Origin: Candidatus Eiseniibacteriota bacterium
Lineage (GTDB): Bacteria > Eisenbacteria > RBG-16-71-46 > CAZAMP01
Reading direction: 5' to 3'
DNA length: 64,000 nucleotides
Assembly (NCBI GenBank): GCA_965224245.1
Contig: OZ245046.1
Span: forward strand, 4,640,001 to 4,704,000
Each line of letters starts with the position of its first letter. Within the stretch, counting starts at the first letter, position 1. A program made the translations under genes and the position numbers. A model generated the notes under the pieces. That model saw nothing but the letters and a program-made list of their open reading frames with translations. It made no database searches and was not told the origin of the DNA. Below are positions 34,354-44,205 of the stretch, in pieces.

Positions 34354-36285
34354 ATGACCCATGAACATGGCGCGCCGATGGAATCGAACGGCATCCACAC
34401 CGATCCCGCGTTGACCGTCTCGCTGGCGCTGGCCGCCGGCCTGACCGCGCAGGCGATCGCCCACCACTTGCGCCTGCCCGGCATCGTGCTCCTTCTGGCC
34501 GCCGGCGCGCTCCTGGGACCGGACGTCGCCCACGTGATCCAGCCGAACGATCTCGGCGCCGGGCTCCAGACGCTGGTGGGCTTCGCGGTCGCCGTGATCC
34601 TGTTCGACGGCGGGCTCAATCTGAACATCCGGCAGCTCCGGCGCGAATCGGGCGCGATCCGCCGGCTGATCACGATCGGTGCGCTGGTCACCGCGATCGG
34701 TGCCGCCGTCGCGGCGCGGTACATCCTCCAGTGGGAGTGGCGCCTCTCGATCCTCTTCGGCACGCTCGTCATCGTGACCGGCCCCACCGTGATCGGCCCG
34801 CTCGTGAAGCGCATCAAGCTCAAGTCCAATCTCCAGACCGTGCTCGAGGCCGAGGGGGTCCTCATCGATCCCATCGGTGCGATCACGGCCGTGGTCGCGC
34901 TGGAGGTCGCGCTCCAGCCGACCGGAGAGTCGCTGGCGGCGGGACTCCTGACCGCCCTCGCGCGGCTGTCGTTCGGACTCATGCTCGGCCTCGTCGGCGG
35001 ATATGGACTCGTCTTCGTGCTGAAGCCGAAGCGGTTGATCCCCGAGAACCTGCGAAACGTGTTCGTGCTCGCGTTCGTGCTGGCGCTCTATCACGTCAGC
35101 AACTCGGTGCAGCACGAGAGCGGGATCGCGACGGTGACCATCGCAGGCATGGTCGTGGGCAACGTTCGAACACCGCTGGTGCGCGAGCTTCTCGAGTTCA
35201 AGGAGCAGCTGACGTCGATGCTGATCGGCATGCTGTTCGTCCTCCTGGCCGCGGACGTCCGTCTCAGCGACATCCAGGCGCTCGGTACGCCCGGGCTGTG
35301 GACCCTGGCCGCCGTGATGTTCGTGGTCCGGCCGCTGAACGTCCTCGCGAGCACGTGGGGTGCCAACATGACGGCGCGCGAGCGGACGTTCCTGTGCTGG
35401 CTCGCCCCGCGCGGGATCGTGGCCGCGGCCGTGGCCTCGCTGTTCGCGGTCACTCTCGACCAGCACGACATCGCGGGTGGGGCGTCACTGCGCGCGCTCG
35501 TGTTCCTGGTGATCGCGGGAACGGTTCTCGTGCAGGGCCTCACGGGCGGGCTGGTAGCCCGCCTGCTGGGCGTGCGCCGTCCGGCCAACGCGGGCTACAT
35601 CATCCTGGGCGCCAACGACATCAGCCGCGCGCTGGCCGGCGCGCTACGCGATGGCGAGGAGTCCGTGACGCTCGTGGACTCGAACGCGGATGCGGTCCGC
35701 TGCGCACAGGACGAGGGGTTCCGCGTGGTCTACGGCAACGGCCTCGAGGAGCGGACGCTACAGCGCGCGCGCGTCGACACGGTGGCCGGCGTCATCGCGA
35801 TGACCACGAACGAGGAGGTGAATCTCCTCTTCGCCCGGAACGCCCACTACGAGCACAAGGTCGCCAGGAGCTACGTCGCGCTCCGGCTCGACCAGGGCAC
35901 GGTGACGCCGGCGATGGTTCACGCGATCGAGGGCGAGATGCTCTTCGGCGCACAGCGCGGACTCGATCTCTGGAACGTCCGCCTCCGGCGCGGGCACGCC
36001 ACGGCCGAACGGTGGCGGCTGAACGCGCTCCCCGAGAACGCGACCGAGCTGAACGGGCCCAAGCCGACCGACGTCGCGCGGTGCGTGCTTCCACTGGTCA
36101 GATCACGCAGGGGACGGGTGACGCCGATCGGCGACTCGACGGAGCTGCGCGAGGGCGACGTGGTGACGCTCCTCGTCTACGACGAGCGGCGCGACGAGGT
36201 CGTCCCGTGGCTGACCGATCAGGGATGGGAGCCGGTGGTCGAGTCCGCCGAGCCCGAGGCGTCGGAGTCGGCAGAGTCGTCGTAG
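34354..36285 (+). CDS. CPA1 cation:proton antiporter with C-terminal TrkA-N/RCK domain
   Basis: LRLPGIVLLL, ILFDGGL, TGPTV, EGVLIDPIG, VRP, APRGIVAAAVA. Cytoplasmic IILGAN...VVYGNGL domain. Confidence 0.9.
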   Translation: MTHEHGAPMESNGIHTDPALTVSLALAAGLTAQAIAHHLRLPGIVLLLAAGALLGPDVAHVIQPNDLGAGLQTLVGFAVAVILFDGGLNLNIRQLRRESGAIRRLITIGALVTAIGAAVAARYILQWEWRLSILFGTLVIVTGPTVIGPLVKRIKLKSNLQTVLEAEGVLIDPIGAITAVVALEVALQPTGESLAAGLLTALARLSFGLMLGLVGGYGLVFVLKPKRLIPENLRNVFVLAFVLALYHVSNSVQHESGIATVTIAGMVVGNVRTPLVRELLEFKEQLTSMLIGMLFVLLAADVRLSDIQALGTPGLWTLAAVMFVVRPLNVLASTWGANMTARERTFLCWLAPRGIVAAAVASLFAVTLDQHDIAGGASLRALVFLVIAGTVLVQGLTGGLVARLLGVRRPANAGYIILGANDISRALAGALRDGEESVTLVDSNADAVRCAQDEGFRVVYGNGLEERTLQRARVDTVAGVIAMTTNEEVNLLFARNAHYEHKVARSYVALRLDQGTVTPAMVHAIEGEMLFGAQRGLDLWNVRLRRGHATAERWRLNALPENATELNGPKPTDVARCVLPLVRSRRGRVTPIGDSTELREGDVVTLLVYDERRDEVVPWLTDQGWEPVVESAEPEASESAESS

Positions 36286-37637
36286 CCGCTCCACCGGGCC
36301 GCCACCCGCACGAGAGCACTCGTGCCCAGACCGACGTATATCGGCTCGATGCCGAGCCAATACGACCCGCCGGCGCGGCCGCCGAAGAGCCACACCGCCG
36401 CGGTCACCCCCGGTACGACGATCCACGCCATCGCCCATCGCCCCGAGACACGGAGGCGGCGGTGGAGCGCCCCCATCATCGGGAGCAGCAGCGCCGGCGT
36501 TCCGATCGACCCCAGGTCGTGCCACAGGTCGACGACGCTGTCCGACGCCAGGGCGAGACCCACCGCGAAGACGCCCGTGCCGACGAGACCCCACCGTGCC
36601 CGGGCGCTGGCCGCGTCGCTCAGCTCGTCGTCGGATCGGGACACGAGGTTGGCCAGCGTGGCGGCCGCGATGAAGCCGTTGGTGTCCACCGTCGACATCA
36701 CGACCGCGAGCATGCCGACGAAGAAGAGCGCGCCCAGCACGGGCGGCAGGATCTGATGCGCGAGCGCGGGATACGCGGCCACCGGGTCGGTCGTGGCCGG
36801 CAGGAGCGCTCGCGCGTAGAGCGCCGTCGCGGTGGACATCGCATCGAACACGATCCAGAACCCCAGCGACACGAGGATTCCGCGCCGGGCCGTGCGCGCC
36901 GACTCCGCGGCGAACACGCGCTGATAGAACGCAGGCTCGATGAGCGTGGCCAGGGCGATGAAGAACCACACCACGACGTACTGCGGTGAGTTGCCGCCGT
37001 GCCACGTCCAGTGGGTGGTGGGTACGTCGGCGTGAACCGGCATGACGCCGAACGCGGTCACCAGATAGACGATGACGGCACCGAACGACGCAAACATCAG
37101 CGCGAACTGGAGCGCGTCGGTTCTGACCACGGCCCGGAGCCCGCCGCGCATCACGTAGCCCAGCGACAGGACGGCGCCCGCCACGATGCCCAGCCACGAG
37201 GGCCAGCCGAACACGAGCCCGAAGAGCGTGCCCAGCATCAGCACGTAGCTGGCGGGTGCGGTCATCGCGAAGACGACGAGACCGGCGAGGCGTCCGGCGG
37301 TGCGGCCGTAGCTTCGATTGATCGCGTCGGGTACCGAGACGAACCCGGATCGCCTGGCTCGCGTCGCGACCCCCAGCGCGAACAGGAGCGCGGCGACGTA
37401 GTACGGCACCCCGAACACGAGCCAGCTCGAGATGCCGTAGCGGTAGCCATACTCACCGACGCCGAGAATGCCGCCATACCACGACGACACCAGCGTGGCC
37501 ACGAACGCCGGCAACGTGAGCGCGCGTCCGGCCAGGAGATAGTCGGTCGCGTTCGTCGAGGGCCGGCGGATCACGCGCAGAACGAGATACGCCAGAAACC
37601 CGACGTAAACGGCGAGCGCGATCAGGTCGGATGGCAC
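36219..37637 (-). CDS. Sodium:solute symporter, predicted thiamine/precursor transporter
   Basis: DYLLAGRAL, GGLRAVVRTDALQ, FYQRVFAA, AVVMSTVD SSS motifs. GTG start 8 nt after the TonB receptor stop; lies downstream of the TPP riboswitch. Confidence 0.88.
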   Translation of the reverse strand: MPSDLIALAVYVGFLAYLVLRVIRRPSTNATDYLLAGRALTLPAFVATLVSSWYGGILGVGEYGYRYGISSWLVFGVPYYVAALLFALGVATRARRSGFVSVPDAINRSYGRTAGRLAGLVVFAMTAPASYVLMLGTLFGLVFGWPSWLGIVAGAVLSLGYVMRGGLRAVVRTDALQFALMFASFGAVIVYLVTAFGVMPVHADVPTTHWTWHGGNSPQYVVVWFFIALATLIEPAFYQRVFAAESARTARRGILVSLGFWIVFDAMSTATALYARALLPATTDPVAAYPALAHQILPPVLGALFFVGMLAVVMSTVDTNGFIAAATLANLVSRSDDELSDAASARARWGLVGTGVFAVGLALASDSVVDLWHDLGSIGTPALLLPMMGALHRRLRVSGRWAMAWIVVPGVTAAVWLFGGRAGGSYWLGIEPIYVGLGTSALVRVAARWSGYDDSADSDASGSADSTTGSHP

Positions 37638-37645
37638 GTTCGCAC

Positions 37646-40033
37646 CTAGAGCCGCGTCTCGAGACCCAGGAACACGCTCCGGGTCGCACCCGGCCAGTAG
37701 AACGCCTCGGGCGCCGGCGGCGAGCCGTCGTAGTAGGCGTATCCGAACGTCTCGTGAAGGGTGTCGAACACGTTGATGACCCGGAGCTCGAGCTCGAACG
37801 GACGTCCGAGATCGAGCGCCCTTCCGAGATTCACGCCGATCGTCGTGTTCACCAGCGTGAACGCATCGATGGCCAGCGACTCCACGTTCTCGCTCTCGAC
37901 GTACTGCTTGCCCACGTGCTGCGCCTGTGCGCCGAACGTCCATGCGCCCCGGCGGACCTCGGCGTAGAGGTTCCCCAGGATCTCGGGGTTCCGCGGGACC
38001 GTGTTGCCGTCGAGTCGCAGAAGGCCGCCGGCGTAGTCGTCGAGCCAGTAGGCGAAGATCTCGTGATCGACGTAGCGATGCCGGGCGAACGTGACGTTGC
38101 CGCCGACGAGAACGTCGTCACGTGGCTCGACGCGCGCGGCGATCTCGAGGCCCTGGTGTCGCGTGCGATCGGCGTTGGCCCGGGCCAGGCGGCCCTCCTC
38201 CTGGATGCGTCCGCCGTCGATCGGGATCAGCTCACCGCGGAACTCGAGATCGTACAGCGTCACCGACGCGTTCCAGCTCTCGCGGACGACCTCGGCTCCC
38301 AGCTCGAGATCGAGGACCTTCTCGGGATCCACGATCGGGTCGTCGAGACCGGTGATCACGTCGTCGGAGACGTCGGCGTAGGCGGGCACCGCGGAGGGAT
38401 CGTCCTCGTCCATGTAGTCGCTGCTCGACGGCTCGCGCCGGGCCAGGCTCACCGATCCGAAGACTGACAGGCCGCCGTCGAGTCGGTGTCGTACACCGAG
38501 CCTCGGGCTGACGAAGTCGTGGTCGGCCGAGAACTCGTAGCCGCGGAAGTTCTTGATCGCGGTCTGGTCGACGTCGTAGCGGTGTCCCTGATACTGGATC
38601 GCGCCGGTCACGCGCGTCCGTGATCCGAGGCGCTGCGCGAGCCGCGCGTAGGCCTCGACGCTCGTCTTGGACGTATCGTAGTCGTAGTAGCGGTCGAGCG
38701 CCTCGGCGTCCACGTTCTGGTCGGTCCACACGACCTCGCCGAAGTGATCGGACTCGTAGCGGCGCAGACCCAGCCCCACGGTCAGATCGCCGCCCGCCAA
38801 TGGCAGGCGCGCCTGCGGCAGCATGCCCCAGTAGAAGTTGTCGAGCCAGCGGCGGCGGACGAGGTCGGTCGTGTCGACGGTCTCGCCGTCCACGTCGATG
38901 GGAGCGAATCCGTAGTCGAAGAACGGCTCGTCGGTCTGGTACTGCTCGTAGAACCCCTCGCCGTCCACGTAGTACGCCGTGTTCGAGAGCGAGATGCCGT
39001 CCCCGACCTCGACGTCGGTCGTGATCGAGGTGATGGTCTGCCGGAAATCGTCGACGTTGTTGTCGTACACGTCGTAGACGTTGTCTCGTCGGGCGTCGCG
39101 ATCGCTCAGCACGTCGCGCGGCAGGCCGTCCCAGGCGAACCGCGTGACCTCGCTCCCCGACAGCACGTCCACCTTGTGCGAGACCGATCCGCTCCGGTAC
39201 AGCGCCGAGAGGGCGACGCTCTCCAGGTCGGCGTCGCTCGCGCGGCGATACCCCCCGCTCCGCTGACGCGAGTACCTCGCCGAGAACGCCGCCCGGCCCT
39301 CCAGCACGGGACCGCTGGCCACGATGGCCCGGAACGCCCGCGTGGGCGACGTGATGTCGGCGTCGGTGAACGTGCCGTAGCCGGTGGCCAGGTGCACGCC
39401 GGGCTCGATCGACGTCGGGCTCGTGAGCACGTTCACGCTGCCGCCGAAGGAGCTGGCGCCGAAGAGGTTCGTCCCGACACCGCGCTGCACCTGCACCTGG
39501 CTCGCGGACGCGAGGATGTCGCCGTGATCGACCCAGTACACCTGGTGCGCCTCGGGGTCGTTCAGGGGCACCCCGTTGACGAGGATGCCGAGGCGATCCT
39601 GGTAGAAGCCTCGAATGCGGAGGTACGTGTAGCCGAAGCCGTTCCCGGCGTCCGACCACGCGTACACGGACGGCACGCTGGACAGGACCATCGGAAGATC
39701 CTGGCCGTACGAGTACCGATCGATGGCCTCGCCGTCGAGGTTGGTGACCGGGACCGCGCTGCCGGAGGCCGCGTTCGCACGCTCGATGACGATGCGGTCG
39801 ACGGTGTAGACCGAGAGGCTGTCACCCGCCGCACGCGTGGATCCGATCGTGACCGCCGTCCGGTCCCCCGGATCGTCGGGTCGGGCCTCGTTTCGATCGG
39901 CGGCCGTGGCGTCCGCGTGCGCGGCGCACGCGAGGGTGCCGGCCGCCACGACCGACAGGGCCCACGTGAGCCCGCGCCCGCGGTGGCGGTCTCGCGCGCG
40001 ACGCCGGCGGCGAGAGTGGTTGGCGTCTGACAT
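37646..40033 (-). CDS. TonB-dependent receptor, predicted thiamine uptake
   Basis: Plug SDAGNGFGYTYLRIRG...VNGVPLNDPEAHQVYWVD...VQRGVG...GGSVN, beta-barrel, C-terminal NVFD...TRSVFLGLETRL. GGAGG SD. Confidence 0.92.
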   Translation of the reverse strand: MSDANHSRRRRRARDRHRGRGLTWALSVVAAGTLACAAHADATAADRNEARPDDPGDRTAVTIGSTRAAGDSLSVYTVDRIVIERANAASGSAVPVTNLDGEAIDRYSYGQDLPMVLSSVPSVYAWSDAGNGFGYTYLRIRGFYQDRLGILVNGVPLNDPEAHQVYWVDHGDILASASQVQVQRGVGTNLFGASSFGGSVNVLTSPTSIEPGVHLATGYGTFTDADITSPTRAFRAIVASGPVLEGRAAFSARYSRQRSGGYRRASDADLESVALSALYRSGSVSHKVDVLSGSEVTRFAWDGLPRDVLSDRDARRDNVYDVYDNNVDDFRQTITSITTDVEVGDGISLSNTAYYVDGEGFYEQYQTDEPFFDYGFAPIDVDGETVDTTDLVRRRWLDNFYWGMLPQARLPLAGGDLTVGLGLRRYESDHFGEVVWTDQNVDAEALDRYYDYDTSKTSVEAYARLAQRLGSRTRVTGAIQYQGHRYDVDQTAIKNFRGYEFSADHDFVSPRLGVRHRLDGGLSVFGSVSLARREPSSSDYMDEDDPSAVPAYADVSDDVITGLDDPIVDPEKVLDLELGAEVVRESWNASVTLYDLEFRGELIPIDGGRIQEEGRLARANADRTRHQGLEIAARVEPRDDVLVGGNVTFARHRYVDHEIFAYWLDDYAGGLLRLDGNTVPRNPEILGNLYAEVRRGAWTFGAQAQHVGKQYVESENVESLAIDAFTLVNTTIGVNLGRALDLGRPFELELRVINVFDTLHETFGYAYYDGSPPAPEAFYWPGATRSVFLGLETRL

Positions 40034-40036
40034 GGT

Positions 40037-40056
40037 GCACCTCCACGGGGAGACGC
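40037..40056 (-). promoter_or_regulatory. SD-sequestering hairpin (riboswitch expression platform)
   Basis: Minus strand GCGUCUCC-CCGU-GGAGGUGC forms an 8-bp stem that buries GGAGG just before the ATG. Confidence 0.6.
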
Positions 40057-40118
40057 AGCATCACACGAGGCAGGAAGCGGTGACGAGATACGGAGCGAAG
40101 GGCTCGCGTGGGCGATCT

Positions 40119-40210
40119 CGTGTGTTTCCCTACGCCGGTGTGAGCCGGTTCAGGTTCGAAGGGTATGCTCTCAGCCCGGCGCGTCGTCGCCGGACACCCC
40201 CAACACACTC
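40119..40210 (-). ncRNA. TPP (THI-box) riboswitch
   Basis: Minus strand GUGUGUUG-GGGGUGUCCGGC...GCCGGGCUGAGAGCAUACCCUUCGAACCUGAACCGGCUCACACCGGCGUAGGGAAACACAC. It has the UGAGA loop, AUACCC, ACCUGA, GCGUAGG and P1 GUGUGUU/AACACAC. Confidence 0.95.
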
Positions 40211-40413
40211 CGGAAGACGTTCTTCCGAAGAGGCGAGTCAGTGTAGCCGAGCCGGTGCGCCGCGACCAGCCAATCCCGGCGCGCAGGTGACGCGGATTCG
40301 ATCGGCAGACCGCGGGCCCGCTTGCTCGAACCGGTCCGGACCTGTCACACTGTGTTCTCCAGCTCGGCCACTGCCTCGGACGTCCCTCCCCAATCGACGC
40401 GGAGGCGGACCTC

Positions 40414-42660
40414 ATGCGAACGCGCGTTCAGGCGCCCGATCGACCCTGCCCTCGGCGCGACGTGCGGCCCCGTCTCGCATTCGCGGCCGGCGCCGCGGCG
40501 TGGCTCTCGGCGCTGGCGTGTGTGATCACGCCGGGCTCGGTGCTCGCCACCGAGTGCGCCGATTACACCCAGTACGCGCACTGGATCGGCGGCACGACCG
40601 GAACGCTCGACGCCCGGGCCTTCGACGCGGCGGGGGACCTCGTCTACGTCGCCGAGCAGAGCCGCGGGCTGACGATCTGGCGCCGGCAAGCTTCCGGAGC
40701 GCTCACCTACGTCGGTGGTACCCAGCCGTTCACCGCGCTCGACGTGCGCGTTCGCGAGGACTTCGCCTACGTCGCCGCGTTCACCGACGGGCTCATCACG
40801 GTGGACGTGAGCGACCCGACCGATCCCACCGTCGTGGCCCTGTACGAGGTCAGCGGGTACGGTCTGGCGGTCGACGTCGTGGACGGCCTGGTCTATCTGG
40901 GCGTCGAGCACGGCGCGCCCGACGGGGAGCTGCGCATCTACGATGCGGCCGCGAACCCGTGGTTACCGATTTACCAGGGGCGCGTCTTGACCCCATGGCA
41001 GGTCCGGACCGTCCGGGTTCGGCCGCCCTTCGCCTACGTGATCGACACGTTTCGCCTCGAGGGCGCGCCCACCGGGGGGATCGGGGTGTACGACGTCAGC
41101 GATCCCACGCTTCCGTACAAGGTCGCCTATCGTGGACTCGGCGTGTCCTCGGGTCTCGCGTTCTCGGGCACCTTCGCCTTCGTCGCCGCCGAGACGTTCG
41201 GGTTCTGGGTCATCGATCTCTCCGATCCGACGGTGCCGATCCGGGTCACGTACGCGGACGGCTACGCCGGCGAGGACGTGGCGGTGGTCGGCGAGACGCT
41301 CTGGGTCAGCGGCGACGCGGTTCGACTCTTCGACATCTCCAACCCCCGCCTGCCCGTCGCAGCGGGTCGACTGGAGGTGCGTTCCGGGAACCCGGGCGCG
41401 ATCGACGCCGTGGGGGACGCGGTGCTGGTGGCGGACGGCGGCGACGTGTATCTGGCGCAAGCCGGCTCGGGGGCGCTGGCCGCACCGACCGCGGTGGTCG
41501 GGGTACCCGAGCGCGTCTCGGCGCTGGTGACCTGGCCGGGAGCCGCGATCGCGGGGGACAGCACCGGCCTGCGCGTGATCGACCTGGCCACGCCCGACAA
41601 GCCGGTGTTGCGGGGCGCGCTCGACGACGTCGGCCCGATCTCGTCGCTGGCGTACGGCGGCGGATGCGTCGTCGCCGGTGACGCCGCCGGGAGAATCGCC
41701 CTCGTCGACGTCTCGGATCTGGACACGCCCGTGCTCCGGGACGTGCTGCCCGGCAACGGAGAGGCCATCGATGCACTCGCGGCCGATGCCGATCTGATCG
41801 CGTTCGGCACCTCCGCCGGCGGCACGAGCCTGCTCGCGCTGGCCACGCACGACGGCGGCGCGATCACGCCGCGCGGTACCCTCGTCTTGCCCGCCCCCGC
41901 GCGGGACGTCGCGCTTCGCGGAACGACGGCCGCGGTCGCGATGCACGCCGGCGGCTACCTCCTGGCCGACGTATCCGATCCCGCGATGCCGATCGTGTCG
42001 AGCACGCTCGTGACCGGTCGCCCGGTATCCCTGGACTGGTGGAACGACCGCCTCGTCGTCGCCGACGAGGTCCTGGGACTCGTCGTCGTCGACGCCGCCA
42101 AGCGGACGAGCCCGATCGTCGTCGGGCAGCGGAGGCTCGCGGTCCCGGTGCGCCGCGTCGAGAGCGAGGCCGGCGTCGCGTGGGCCGGGACCGACGGCGG
42201 CGTCTTCCTGATGGACCTCCGCGGCCCGGATCCGATCTCGATCGGCTTCCTTCCATCCGAGGATCTGGCCGCGATGGCGCTCGGCGAGGTGCTCCTGGCC
42301 GGCGGTGCGACCGATCACGTCGACGTGTTCGCGGGCACCTGTGCTGCGGTCGGGGTCGCCGGCGGGGAAGCGCCGGCGGTCTCGCCGATCCGGCTCGTGG
42401 CCGCGCCGAATCCGTTCCTGGGGTCCACGCGGATCTCGTTCGACCTCGTCCGTGGGGGCCGCGCGTCGCTGTCGATCTTCGACGTGACCGGACGGCGCGT
42501 GCGCACGCTGATCGACGGCGCGCGACGCGGTGCGGGAACGCACGACGCCTCGTGGGACGGCCGCGACGACGCCGATCGGCCCGTTTCGCCCGGCACGTAT
42601 TTCTACGTGCTCGACGGGCCGTCCGGCCGTGCCCGGGGGACGATCACGCGGGTGCGATAG
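40414..42660 (+). CDS. Secreted LVIVD-repeat beta-propeller protein with FlgD-Ig/T9SS-like CTD
   Basis: Repeats AYVA...GL..VDVSDP..P. C-terminal PNPF...IFDVTGRRVRTL...WDGRDDADRPVSPGTYF. Confidence 0.85.
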   Translation: MRTRVQAPDRPCPRRDVRPRLAFAAGAAAWLSALACVITPGSVLATECADYTQYAHWIGGTTGTLDARAFDAAGDLVYVAEQSRGLTIWRRQASGALTYVGGTQPFTALDVRVREDFAYVAAFTDGLITVDVSDPTDPTVVALYEVSGYGLAVDVVDGLVYLGVEHGAPDGELRIYDAAANPWLPIYQGRVLTPWQVRTVRVRPPFAYVIDTFRLEGAPTGGIGVYDVSDPTLPYKVAYRGLGVSSGLAFSGTFAFVAAETFGFWVIDLSDPTVPIRVTYADGYAGEDVAVVGETLWVSGDAVRLFDISNPRLPVAAGRLEVRSGNPGAIDAVGDAVLVADGGDVYLAQAGSGALAAPTAVVGVPERVSALVTWPGAAIAGDSTGLRVIDLATPDKPVLRGALDDVGPISSLAYGGGCVVAGDAAGRIALVDVSDLDTPVLRDVLPGNGEAIDALAADADLIAFGTSAGGTSLLALATHDGGAITPRGTLVLPAPARDVALRGTTAAVAMHAGGYLLADVSDPAMPIVSSTLVTGRPVSLDWWNDRLVVADEVLGLVVVDAAKRTSPIVVGQRRLAVPVRRVESEAGVAWAGTDGGVFLMDLRGPDPISIGFLPSEDLAAMALGEVLLAGGATDHVDVFAGTCAAVGVAGGEAPAVSPIRLVAAPNPFLGSTRISFDLVRGGRASLSIFDVTGRRVRTLIDGARRGAGTHDASWDGRDDADRPVSPGTYFYVLDGPSGRARGTITRVR

Positions 42661-43522
42661 GGATCGCCGCCACCTCACCGGTCAGCGCCGGCTCGCCCCA
42701 GCTCGCGGCGAGATCGGCGAATCCGGGCGTCGGGCCGCGCCATCGGAGCGCGTCGACGTCGTCGAACACGTCGACGTCGGTTCGCAGCACGGCGAGCCGG
42801 CGAAACAGGAGCGCGTCCCCCCGGTGCTCGGTCAGCGTGGCGGCCAGTCGCGCCTTGCCCCTGACGTCGACGTCCCACGAGGCGGGATCGGCGGGGATGT
42901 CCTCGAGGCGGCCGTACCGGGCGAGCACGCGCGACGACGACGTCGCGCCCCAGCCGGGGAGACCGGGAAACCCGTCGGCCGCATCGCCGGTCAGTGCGAG
43001 GTAGTCGGCGATGCTCTCGGGGGGAACGCCGAACTTCGCCTCGACCCCGGCCCGATCGCGCACGTCGCCCGATCGCACGTCGAGCTGGACGACCCGCTCG
43101 TCGCGGACGCTCTGGGCGAGGTCCTTGTCCGGGGTCCGGATCACCACGCGATCCACGCGCGAGTCCTCGGCGGCACGATGCGCCGCCGATGCGAGCGCAT
43201 CGTCCGCCTCCACCTCCACGCACGGCCAGACCACGATGCCGAGCGCGACGAGCGCGTCCTCCAGCGGATGGAACTGCGCCCAGAGATCCGGATCGATCCC
43301 CTCGCCGGTCTTGTACCCGGGCCACAGCTCGTTCCGGAACGACTCGACGACGTGATCGGTCGCCACGCCGACGTGGGTGACGCCCGACGCGAGAAGCCGC
43401 ACGACCGATCGGACGACCCCGATGACGGCGCCGCGCTCCTCGCCGTCGACCGGAGTGCGGGCGCGGCCCCCGTAGTACTGCCGGAAGAGCTCGTAGGTCC
43501 CGTCGATCAGATGAACGTCCAT
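42644..43522 (-). CDS. Stand-alone 5'-3' exonuclease / flap endonuclease
   Basis: HLIDG, FRNELWPGYK, EADDALAS, DKDLAQ, ALTGDAADGFPGLPGWG (H3TH). Confidence 0.92.
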   Translation of the reverse strand: MDVHLIDGTYELFRQYYGGRARTPVDGEERGAVIGVVRSVVRLLASGVTHVGVATDHVVESFRNELWPGYKTGEGIDPDLWAQFHPLEDALVALGIVVWPCVEVEADDALASAAHRAAEDSRVDRVVIRTPDKDLAQSVRDERVVQLDVRSGDVRDRAGVEAKFGVPPESIADYLALTGDAADGFPGLPGWGATSSSRVLARYGRLEDIPADPASWDVDVRGKARLAATLTEHRGDALLFRRLAVLRTDVDVFDDVDALRWRGPTPGFADLAASWGEPALTGEVAAIPIAPA

Positions 43523-43612
43523 GGGCGATCTCCGTTGGCCAGGCCTGGTGGTTGCCGAGTGGCCGTTTCGACTCGTAACGCTCCGACGACACGCGGTGCG
43601 GTCGACCGACGG

Positions 43613-44176
43613 CTAGCGAGCGGCGATCCGTCGCACCATCTCGCCCAGCTTGCAGACGGTGCGCCAGTTCCGGGCCGTGACCGGCGAGCCGACGATGCGA
43701 TCCAGCACGGCGGGGGTCAGCTTCGATCGACCGACGCCGCTCGCGAAGTGGATCCACAGGGCGTCCCCCTTCCGGATCACCGTCTCACCGCCCACCGCAC
43801 GACTCCGGAGCTCGGCCTCGGCCCTCGCGGCCGGAGGCCGCCGGGACAGCGCGAGGTGGACGAGCTTGGCATCCTCGTTCGACTCGTCGGCAAAGGGATT
43901 GCCCGTGACGTAGCGTCGCCACCGGGCGGCCGGCCGCACGATCACGGGCACCGGGAAGCGGAACCGCGCCTCGATCGCCTCCTCGAGCCGCGACTCGAGC
44001 GTCGTCGCGTGCACGTCCGAGCTGAACACGAGATTGCCGCTCTGGATGTAGGTCTCCACGTCGCCGAGCCCGATCCGGGCACATACCTCGCGCAGCGTCG
44101 CCATCGGGACCTTGTGCCGGCCCCCGACGTTGATGCCGCGCAGCAGGCCCACGTACGGCTGTCGCCGACTTGCCAT
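43613..44176 (-). CDS. DUF1697 family protein
   Basis: YVGLLRGINVGG.HKVPM, VETYIQSGNLVF, TARNWRTV.KL. Confidence 0.9.
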   Translation of the reverse strand: MASRRQPYVGLLRGINVGGRHKVPMATLREVCARIGLGDVETYIQSGNLVFSSDVHATTLESRLEEAIEARFRFPVPVIVRPAARWRRYVTGNPFADESNEDAKLVHLALSRRPPAARAEAELRSRAVGGETVIRKGDALWIHFASGVGRSKLTPAVLDRIVGSPVTARNWRTVCKLGEMVRRIAAR

Positions 44177-44205
44177 CGCGCCTCCGCTCCTGGTCGTCGG
44201 GCCGG

